This document shows positions 56,764 through 64,000 of a stretch of DNA of 64,000 nt, piece after piece (positions within the stretch are counted from its first letter, which is position 1; each line of letters starts with the position of its first letter). The notes beneath the pieces are model-generated. The model saw nothing but the letters and a program-made list of their open reading frames with translations, made no database searches and was not told where the DNA came from. A program made the translations under genes and the position numbers. Origin of the DNA: a virus (Duplodnaviria; Heunggongvirae; Uroviricota; Caudoviricetes); IMG/VR virus record IMGVR_UViG_3300043172_000799, positions 28,944 to 92,943 of that record; one strand, given 5' to 3'.

Positions 56764-57207
56764 ATGCTTAAGATTTTAAAAACAACACTATTGGTAATAA
56801 TCATTTTTTTGAATCTTGGTTGTGCAAATATACTGTACAACCAAGATGCCATCACAGAGACGTTTAATAATATAGACGAAATAGCTGAGGTCATGCGTTC
56901 TATTGAATATGTGGCAGATGTAAAAGAAAACTGGCAATTACCAGAAACAACATATGATAGAGGTGCAGGGGACTGTGAGGATCAAGCATCTTTGTTCGCA
57001 TATCTTATAATAACTTATTTACATGCTGAAAATGTGTATTTAGTAAGATGTGAAAAGTCCAATGGAGAAGGACATATGATTGTTGAATGGGAAGGTGTTG
57101 AATGGGAAGGCATTAAGGGAGTAAAGATAAAAGACTTTGATTCAAAGTATACTTTTACTTACCGAATGTCCCTAGCTACTTACATTATTTTGGCTACAAT
57201 AATGTAA
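56764..57207 (+). CDS. Lipoprotein with transglutaminase-like cysteine-protease motif (moron)
   Basis: Lipobox LGC; WQLPEET-like WQLPETT, GDCED, GHM (Cys-His-acid type). Confidence 0.75.
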   Translation: MLKILKTTLLVIIIFLNLGCANILYNQDAITETFNNIDEIAEVMRSIEYVADVKENWQLPETTYDRGAGDCEDQASLFAYLIITYLHAENVYLVRCEKSNGEGHMIVEWEGVEWEGIKGVKIKDFDSKYTFTYRMSLATYIILATIM

Positions 57208-57287
57208 GTAAAGAACATATCACAGAACATAGTCTCCTGTTAAATAATACACAATAAATGCGTTATTAAAATAGGAGAGACAATTAA

Positions 57288-59585
57288 ATGAGTAGATTAA
57301 TACTAGCAAATTCAGACTATGAGGATTTTGATACTACAGCAGGGGCAGACAGCACTACACTTTCTGCAATTATTGGAAAACAATATATCATAAAAAATAG
57401 CGGTACAGGGGGAAACCCCCTTACCGTAAATTATGGGGCAAGCTTATTAAATTTAGAGGATGGACAAGCATTTTATTTCATCTTTGATGGAACACTGTGG
57501 TCTACCCTTTCAGGGCAAGGTGGGGCAGGAGCTTCCATTACTGGGGAATTAGGAGAAGCAGTAACAGCAGGAGATGCACTTTATTTTGCTACTGATGGTA
57601 AATTATACATAGCAGATAATACTGACCCTACAAAAGTTATACTGGCAGGATTATCATTATCCACTGCTTCATCTAGTGAAACAATAATAGCACAAAAAGC
57701 AGGGCTGATAGATTTCTATTCTGGCTTAACAGTTGGTACAGCATATTACTTAGGAGCAACAGGAAATCTTATAGAAGAAAGTACCATTAGTGGAGGAGCT
57801 GAAACTGTATTCATAGGAGTAGCAGTTTCAACATCAGCAATAGACGCAAATATACAATTACCTTCCGCTGGCGGTGGTGGGAGCATAACTGAAGGTACAT
57901 TAGGTGAAACAGTTGCCCAAGCCAAGTTAACTTATTTTAAAACAGATGGAAAAATGTACCTTGCAGATAATACAGATTTTACAAAATCATTTTGTGTGGG
58001 TTTTACTTTAACAGCAGGAATATTAGATGATGAAGTAGAAGCACAAAAAGCAGGATCAGTGGATTTATTCACTGGCTTAACAATAGGCTCAGACTATTAT
58101 CTGGGCACTGCTGGAGATATATTATTAAAAAGTCAATTAGCAGATGGAGCACAGATTGTATACGTTGGGAGAGCGGTATCAACTACAGAAATGGATGCAA
58201 ATGTTCAACCTCCACAGCCGGTTGTACGAACAGGCGATTTTGATGAAATTGGAACAATAAAATACTTTTCAACATATAAAGATAGACCTTCTCTCTTACC
58301 ATTTGCATTTGATAATGCTATTTCACAAGGAACATATTCTCCGCTATTTGCAGAAGTTGGACACATGTTTAATGATGCCCATGTTGCTGCTGGGGATGCA
58401 GACTTGAGTGGATCTGGAACACTGTTCTATCCTACTCCTCCACCAGACGCATATGGGAGAATTGGTATTCCAACACAAGAATTTACAGATTTAGATGTGG
58501 ATATTTCTCTTGATAGAGCCACAGGATTAACTGGAATTGTGAATGCATTAAGAGATGGTACAGCTTTTAGATTTGAACTTATTTCAGGAACTGTTCCAAC
58601 AGGCTTAACAGATGGAACTATTTATTATGGTCGTTTTGGTGATGGTTTTATGGATTTTTACCCAACAGAAGAGGATGCAATCGCAATTACTAATCGGGTG
58701 GATATAACCACTACTGGCTCTGGTACTTTCAGACTGACTCAAGAAGGGATTAGTATTGATGATGCAGTTGAAGATCATAATCATGGAGCATCTCTTGATA
58801 ATAGTGGTGTTGGTGGTGTAGGTGGAGCATTAGTAAGAGGAGTAACAAAGGATACTGAAAGCTCAGATGGAACATTCGTGACAGGTGTGAATGGTGCAAA
58901 CATCTCCAACGAAACAAGACCGAATACTTTCTACGAGTTCGCATATATTAAAGCAGAATCTATCACACCATCTGGTGAAGCTGTAAGCGCTTTGAGATAT
59001 GTCGAGGATTGGCAAACTTGCCCTCAACTCGGCAATGATGTAGTTATCAACCACAAATTAGGGATGCTCTTAGATGATGGATTACAAGTTATAGTACTTG
59101 GAAGAGATGCGGGGGGAATAATTTCTATACCATTCCATTTTAGATCGGATGTAAATGTAAATTATGGTTTAATACCTACAGATGTGGATATAAACAATAT
59201 ACTCATACAATCAGGAGATGCGTCGTCCCAAAGAATATTAGATAATAGTGGGCTTTTATCTATCATTATTGATATTAAAGTAGTAGTCACCAAACCAAAC
59301 CTTGTATCAACTTTCTACAACACAAATAACAGACAAGTCTATGATATTGCTGATGCTGTAGATGTGACTTACAATTTACCAGATGCTTCAAATACTCTTG
59401 ATGAAATTGTAGTAAAAAGGAGAGGAGCTGGAACTGGTAAAGTATTATTTAATACTCAGTCAGCACAGACTATTGATGGTAATATCCCTAGTACTTACGA
59501 ACTGGAAAATGCAGTAAAAGACATATTTGTAGTTTTCCCATCTGGTGGGAATTGGTTTATCAAAATATATAGTCTTATAGTGTAA
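57288..59585 (+). CDS. Tail fibre protein with tandem ~110-aa repeat and tail-collar-like segment
   Basis: Two GGG.ITE/G.LGE.V...DGK.Y.ADNTD...GLT.G..YYLG..G modules; IGTIKYF, Y..LF..VG, ETRP motifs. Confidence 0.75.
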   Translation: MSRLILANSDYEDFDTTAGADSTTLSAIIGKQYIIKNSGTGGNPLTVNYGASLLNLEDGQAFYFIFDGTLWSTLSGQGGAGASITGELGEAVTAGDALYFATDGKLYIADNTDPTKVILAGLSLSTASSSETIIAQKAGLIDFYSGLTVGTAYYLGATGNLIEESTISGGAETVFIGVAVSTSAIDANIQLPSAGGGGSITEGTLGETVAQAKLTYFKTDGKMYLADNTDFTKSFCVGFTLTAGILDDEVEAQKAGSVDLFTGLTIGSDYYLGTAGDILLKSQLADGAQIVYVGRAVSTTEMDANVQPPQPVVRTGDFDEIGTIKYFSTYKDRPSLLPFAFDNAISQGTYSPLFAEVGHMFNDAHVAAGDADLSGSGTLFYPTPPPDAYGRIGIPTQEFTDLDVDISLDRATGLTGIVNALRDGTAFRFELISGTVPTGLTDGTIYYGRFGDGFMDFYPTEEDAIAITNRVDITTTGSGTFRLTQEGISIDDAVEDHNHGASLDNSGVGGVGGALVRGVTKDTESSDGTFVTGVNGANISNETRPNTFYEFAYIKAESITPSGEAVSALRYVEDWQTCPQLGNDVVINHKLGMLLDDGLQVIVLGRDAGGIISIPFHFRSDVNVNYGLIPTDVDINNILIQSGDASSQRILDNSGLLSIIIDIKVVVTKPNLVSTFYNTNNRQVYDIADAVDVTYNLPDASNTLDEIVVKRRGAGTGKVLFNTQSAQTIDGNIPSTYELENAVKDIFVVFPSGGNWFIKIYSLIV

Positions 59586-59618
59586 ATAATGGAGGCTTTG
59601 GCCTCTAAGGAGAAATAG

Positions 59619-60140
59619 ATGAAAAATGGAACAGTAATACTTACATATCCTAGAGGTAAGTTTGATAAGTGGTACGTGAACTTCGTAATATGGTGTATCC
59701 AAAAAGTAACTAAGTCAAAGTACATTCACACACAAGTATGGGTGGATGGATATATGCTAGAAACGGTTCACCCCAGTGGATTCCAAAAGAAGAAGCAGAC
59801 TCCAGAGAAAAGAGAAGGTCTTGATTTCTTAGAACCAATTAGGGACCTAACACAGAAAGAGTGTGATTCTATTACAGCATATTTTGATGATAAAATTCGC
59901 AACAATATTCCCTATGGATATGCAAAGCTTTTCCTTAGTTTCATACTTGCATGGTCAAGACCCTTCTGGGAGAAAATCAAATGGATTCCTTTTCAAGAAG
60001 ATAAAATTTGGGGTAATCATTGCTCTTCAGGAGTAGATGAGGCTTTTAAGTTTTCTGGGATTGATATTCTGCCTAATGGGTATGAAGAGATAACATCCCC
60101 TAGCGATTTCATTCAATCAGATTTTTTTATAATTAAATAG
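59619..60140 (+). CDS. Permuted papain-like (YiiX/YaeF-type) peptidase/amidase
   Basis: S.Y.H before PYG, with CS near the C-terminus and TSPSD. Confidence 0.7.
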   Translation: MKNGTVILTYPRGKFDKWYVNFVIWCIQKVTKSKYIHTQVWVDGYMLETVHPSGFQKKKQTPEKREGLDFLEPIRDLTQKECDSITAYFDDKIRNNIPYGYAKLFLSFILAWSRPFWEKIKWIPFQEDKIWGNHCSSGVDEAFKFSGIDILPNGYEEITSPSDFIQSDFFIIK

Positions 60141-60150
60141 GAGAAGATAC

Positions 60151-60585
60151 ATGGAATATACATTAGGTAAAAACACAACTAAGAATCTAGAATCAATTTT
60201 GGAATCTGGTAAAGAATCTTCCAAAATATTGGTTAATGCTGTAAAGGATTTTATTCATGATACGCCAATAGATTTTTGCATTATAGGAAATGGTGGGTAT
60301 CGTACAACAGAGGTACAGCATGAATTGTTTCTTGCTGGTAATTCAAAATGTGATGGGATTAAGAATTTGTCAGAACATCAAAAAGGGCTGGCTGTTGATC
60401 TTGTCCCATGGATTAGTAACAAATCCTCATGGGATCGTGACAGTTGTTTGTATCTTGCCGGTGCTTTCATGGCATATTGTAACAGAATGAATATCCCAAT
60501 TACAGGTGGTGCAGATTGGAATGGTGATGGTAATTTGAAAGAGGCATTTTTTGATCCTTGCCATTTCCAGATAAAGGAGTTATAG
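60151..60585 (+). CDS. Endolysin, peptidase M15 (L-Ala-D-Glu type)
   Basis: GYRT..Q..L, S.H..GLAVD, WGGDW-like GGADW, D..HFQ. Confidence 0.88.
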   Translation: MEYTLGKNTTKNLESILESGKESSKILVNAVKDFIHDTPIDFCIIGNGGYRTTEVQHELFLAGNSKCDGIKNLSEHQKGLAVDLVPWISNKSSWDRDSCLYLAGAFMAYCNRMNIPITGGADWNGDGNLKEAFFDPCHFQIKEL

Positions 60586-60588
60586 AAT

Positions 60589-60711
60589 ATGGAATGGAAA
60601 GATTTTACATTGAAAGAAAAAGTCAAAATGATCGTAATAGGACCATGGCTTTTAATAGGTGGTCTTATTAAAACTTTGTATCGTGGAATACGATTTAATG
60701 ATTGGGAGTAG
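60589..60711 (+). CDS. 40-aa membrane peptide
   Basis: MEWKDFTLKEKVKMIVIGPWLLIGGLIK...; below track cutoff. Confidence 0.45.
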   Translation: MEWKDFTLKEKVKMIVIGPWLLIGGLIKTLYRGIRFNDWE

Positions 60712-60760
60712 GAAACTATTTTGAATAAGTAGATAAATTGGATTGGAAAAGGAGTAGCAA

Positions 60761-61006
60761 ATGAGATTTTTTAATAAAGCATGGAAAATCTGGGGTGAGA
60801 AAGGGAAGATAGCATCCATTATAGGATTCTTCCTCACTGTTCCTGCAAATATTAGGACAACGTGGCTATACTTTCACGGAGTCACATTTACAAAAGAGGA
60901 TTTAACAGTATTGGTTGTAATGAATATGATTGGCATAATTTGGTTTATTTTGCCCAGCAGTATAACCATATCTGGTACACCTTTTAAATTAGAGATAGAG
61001 GACTAA
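60761..61006 (+). CDS. Putative holin
   Basis: 81 aa, two hydrophobic segments, AGGAG RBS, next to the endolysin. Confidence 0.6.
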   Translation: MRFFNKAWKIWGEKGKIASIIGFFLTVPANIRTTWLYFHGVTFTKEDLTVLVVMNMIGIIWFILPSSITISGTPFKLEIED

Positions 61007-61007
61007 T

Positions 61008-61277
61008 ATGAAACTAACACTAATTCTAATAGCAATTATATTTGTAGTAATTACAATAATCTTTATTAAGTTCAAGAGAAGTAAACCATCCACAAATTTA
61101 AAAAAAGATGAAAAGAAAAAAGAAAAGCTTTTGAAAAAGCTTTCGAAAATAGATGAATCACTTTCTGTTAGATATGAAAAAGTAACTAAGAAAGTAAATG
61201 ATATTAAGAAATCTACTTCTGAATCACAGGAAGCTATAGATAATAGCATGAATGATCTAGTAAGTAAAAAGGAATAG
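61008..61277 (+). CDS. Putative inner-membrane spanin subunit
   Basis: N-terminal TM followed by a charged coiled coil. Confidence 0.5.
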   Translation: MKLTLILIAIIFVVITIIFIKFKRSKPSTNLKKDEKKKEKLLKKLSKIDESLSVRYEKVTKKVNDIKKSTSESQEAIDNSMNDLVSKKE

Positions 61278-61279
61278 CT

Positions 61280-61774
61280 ATGAAGAAATTAAAAATATTA
61301 CTAGGTGTATTATTCTTATTGATATCTTTCAATATATTTTCTCAAGAAGAGTCTAAAATTGAAGTTTTAACTATTGACGGGGAAGAGTATAATGTGGTTA
61401 TTCCAGAAGATTATAGTAATTTAAAGAAAGCATATATCAGATCAATGACAGCATATCTTAAAACAAAGAATAATTATGAAACATTAAAATCAACCTTTGA
61501 TGAGTATCAGGAAGAAACTGATATACTCATTGCATCTAAAAATGAAGTTATAGCAGAACAGAAGGAATTGATAATTATTAAGGATGCCAGAATAAAACAA
61601 CTGGAGTCTGTTAAGGAAAGGTTTTCAATTATCCCTTCTGTGTATTACAGTATATCTGAAAATGGTTCTAGTGGAGGAGCAGGGGTTGGGTTTCTGTTAT
61701 TCAATTCCCTCTTCCTGCAAGCGCAGGGTGGATACCCTTTAGAAGCCAGATTTAGTATTGGGTGGAAATTTTAA
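61280..61774 (+). CDS. Exported coiled-coil protein, putative spanin-like
   Basis: Signal peptide, coiled coil and C-terminal beta-strands ending in WKF. Confidence 0.5.
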   Translation: MKKLKILLGVLFLLISFNIFSQEESKIEVLTIDGEEYNVVIPEDYSNLKKAYIRSMTAYLKTKNNYETLKSTFDEYQEETDILIASKNEVIAEQKELIIIKDARIKQLESVKERFSIIPSVYYSISENGSSGGAGVGFLLFNSLFLQAQGGYPLEARFSIGWKF

Positions 61775-61882
61775 AAAGCCCCAAACAAATGAGGCTTTCA
61801 ATTTGTTGATGTCCTATGTTATAGGATTTTTCATATAGTTTCTCTCTTTTTCCCTCCCTCCTTAATTGGTGGGAGGGTTTTA
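61775..61882. terminator. Terminator hairpins between convergent late and replication operons
   Basis: AAAGCC/GGCTTT stem at ~61777-61799 and CCCTCCC/GGGAGGG-TTTT at ~61852-61882. Confidence 0.65.
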
Positions 61883-61883
61883 T

Positions 61884-62153
61884 TTAATAAATACCATTTG
61901 GGAATGACTCATTAGATATAACACCTTTTTCCACCATCACATTATTCAATTCTCTTATAAGCTCTGTATTTATTTCTTTTTTATACATATCTAGTTTTAC
62001 AATAAGAGAAGTAAATTTGAAAAGCTTATTATCATTCACAGAAAATAGCTTGGACAATAGTTCTGATCCAATGAAATCCCCATCAGATTTAGCCTCAATC
62101 TCAATTAAAAACTTCTGTCCTTTTTCATACGGCATTGACATTTCTTTGCCCAT
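61884..62153 (-). CDS. Hypothetical protein
   Basis: 89-aa ORF. Confidence 0.6.
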   Translation of the reverse strand: MGKEMSMPYEKGQKFLIEIEAKSDGDFIGSELLSKLFSVNDNKLFKFTSLIVKLDMYKKEINTELIRELNNVMVEKGVISNESFPNGIY

Positions 62154-62798
62154 TTAATCCTCCCATCCTAATTCAATAATTGTATTATAGAGTATATGTC
62201 GGATATCATCACTATAACCAAACCTCTCCTGATTGATAATAATGGATTTTAGAATATCTCCATCATCTCTCATGGTAGCTGATTTCCAATCAGTTATCAT
62301 TTCCAACAACGATAACAAAGACATCTGTGAAAGATCTCCTGTAATAAACAATTTGTTCTCACCACAAAGTGGGCATACACCATCCAAATTTGATTCTTCT
62401 TCAGGATTCCAGCTTGTTTCACAATGAGGGCAGTACAAATGCTTATGGTGTTCTGGATGATGAGAATTTTCAGCATAGTGATGGTCAAGTGCCACTCCCA
62501 TTCCTTTAAGGAAACCCTTATACTCATCACTACCATAAGTAGATCCTGTTAACTTAGGTGTGTACTTATCAAACACTTCCTTTTCAGGTGGATGAAGTTT
62601 AGAGTAGTCATGATTAGTAAATCTATCATTTAAATTTATTAATACCCTTCCTCCAAACTCTTGTACCATTTCAATATGATCTAATGTCTCTTGTGTTGAA
62701 TCATATTTTTTCAGTTGACCTCGACAATTACACTTTCCTGCAACCCCACTTCCGCAGATTACACAACTTGCTTCTCTACAACTATCATAATGTCCCAT
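62154..62798 (-). CDS. HD-like protein (DUF5662-like) with inserted Zn ribbon
   Basis: HDYSKL, YGSDEY, HHY..N.HHPEH, EMITDW; insert CPHC...CPLC. Confidence 0.7.
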   Translation of the reverse strand: MGHYDSCREASCVICGSGVAGKCNCRGQLKKYDSTQETLDHIEMVQEFGGRVLINLNDRFTNHDYSKLHPPEKEVFDKYTPKLTGSTYGSDEYKGFLKGMGVALDHHYAENSHHPEHHKHLYCPHCETSWNPEEESNLDGVCPLCGENKLFITGDLSQMSLLSLLEMITDWKSATMRDDGDILKSIIINQERFGYSDDIRHILYNTIIELGWED

Positions 62799-63765
62799 TT
62801 CTTACCTCTTTTTCTTTTGGTCTATTCAAAAAAGAGAATTCACCAAATATTTCTTTCTCTTTTTCAACCCTTGTTTTTATAGCATCTTCTTTGTTTGTAA
62901 ACCTACCAATACGGAAGGTTTCACCTCTGTGTGTTATTCTAGCCACCCATCTATTTCTTGCACTATCGTATGTAACCCCTTTACAACCGGAGGTGTTGTC
63001 AGAGGGGGTTACACTATTTTGGGCATTTCCCGATTTGTCGGTTATTCTCAGGTTTATTCTTTTATTGTCTAAAGTGTCTCCGTTCCAGTGGTCAACTAAT
63101 TTTTTGAGAGGACGGTTACATAGGAGTGAATGCATACTAATTGATCTATAACCATAGCCTCTCCCCCTATTAGCATAGGCATACCCATTAGTTAAGCTCC
63201 AACAATACTCTTTAACCAAGTCATAGTCGTCCTTATCAATCACGGTAAATTCATGCTCTTTATTAAAAAAGAATATCTTAATGTAATCCCCACAATCTTC
63301 TACATGATTAACCTTATGCATAACCTTAGATATACTGTCTCCAGCAATTTTTCTAGAACAAGTACTGCATCTAATTGCTGTCCCACCTATTAGTGCTTTT
63401 CTAGTAGCTACCTTTGAGTTACCACAAGAGCAAGTACATATATACCTCCATAGATGTGGGGGCTTTGTTGCACCGTGCACACTAAGCTTAGAACTATGCT
63501 CCACGCCAACTATAGTTAATTCACCATATTCTGTACCGTCTTCTAAAAGTTCTGAGTTAGTAGTCACTAAACATCCACAGCTTTTTACATCCCCTCTGAT
63601 AATTTTATTTCTCTGAATAGATTTTATTTTACCACAATCACATTCACAAAAATATCTCCAAACGGAAGGGCGTTTTGTATTTCCTATGACACTTGTATCA
63701 TCCACTTTTATAATAGTTAATTTATTGTATTTCTCTCCGCTTTTTAGGTATGTTTTATACTTCAA
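62785..63765 (-). CDS. HNH endonuclease with AP2 DNA-binding domain
   Basis: VDHWNGDTLDNKRINLR, SG.KGV...WVARI...IGRF...EDA; N-terminal Y.C.CDCG repeats. Confidence 0.92.
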   Translation of the reverse strand: MKYKTYLKSGEKYNKLTIIKVDDTSVIGNTKRPSVWRYFCECDCGKIKSIQRNKIIRGDVKSCGCLVTTNSELLEDGTEYGELTIVGVEHSSKLSVHGATKPPHLWRYICTCSCGNSKVATRKALIGGTAIRCSTCSRKIAGDSISKVMHKVNHVEDCGDYIKIFFFNKEHEFTVIDKDDYDLVKEYCWSLTNGYAYANRGRGYGYRSISMHSLLCNRPLKKLVDHWNGDTLDNKRINLRITDKSGNAQNSVTPSDNTSGCKGVTYDSARNRWVARITHRGETFRIGRFTNKEDAIKTRVEKEKEIFGEFSFLNRPKEKEVRNGTL

Positions 63766-64000
63766 GCAGACCTCCTTATTTTACTATATCTTCCATCTTT
63801 AATAATCTCGATAACACGGTCTGCCCCACTTATGAGTTCATCCTCATGTGTGGATGTTATTACTTGTATCCCTAGCCTTGTGCACATCTCTTTTAAGAAC
63901 ATAGATGCACGATCCCTATAGTCTCTAGATACATGTTTAAATGGTTCATCCAGTACAAAGACAGGGGAACTCCTATCTGCCTGTAGTGACCACATAGACC
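63762..64000 (-). CDS. C-terminus of SMC/SbcC-like ATPase (recombination endonuclease subunit), truncated by window end
   Basis: VLDEPF Walker B/D-loop, Q.I..TH H-loop. Confidence 0.85.
   Translation of the reverse strand, partial: SMWSLQADRSSPVFVLDEPFKHVSRDYRDRASMFLKEMCTRLGIQVITSTHEDELISGADRVIEIIKDGRYSKIRRSA

Noticed and set aside
32466-59585. Diversity-generating retroelement acting on fibre genes
   Set aside because: No reverse transcriptase and no TR/VR pair differing only at adenines was seen in the window.
1-64000. Alternative genetic code (stop-codon reassignment)
   Set aside because: Core genes (terL, portal, capsid, tape measure, tail tip) are full length under code 11, and TAA, TAG and TGA all occur as natural gene ends.

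Overview
This 64-kb window is part of an AT-rich tailed-phage genome of siphovirus type: tail tube, frameshifted tail chaperones and tape measure, with no sheath gene seen. About 1-8.6 kb is a very AT-rich cluster of small, often acidic hypothetical genes with repeated sigma70-type promoters. A ~940-bp non-coding block and more small genes follow (9.6-16 kb). The morphogenesis operon on + contains terS, terL with a LAGLIDADG class-3-type intein, portal, head morphogenesis protein, scaffold, major capsid, a 2160-aa fibre-like protein, neck, tail, tail tip, fibre and lysis genes. Replication/recombination genes begin on - at the right end. The main feature is an accessory island between the head-morphogenesis and scaffold genes (23.2-28.9 kb). 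It holds a 447-aa Cas12f-like RuvC nuclease with all three catalytic residues, a predicted compact ~60-70 nt tracrRNA, a type I-C-like leader and a CRISPR array of 5 spacers with type I-C-like 32-nt repeats; there is no cas1/2/4. The last spacer is short and partially matches the array's own leader behind a TTT motif. The island is flanked by HNH endonuclease genes, and the array is fused to an HNH remnant. Other notable items are a shared RBS-sequestering RNA fold upstream of two HNH genes, a CAU-anticodon tRNA with a long variable arm, two insertions that regenerated the 5' end of the interrupted gene, and a candidate late-promoter motif. All family assignments come from motif recognition by eye; no database search was run.
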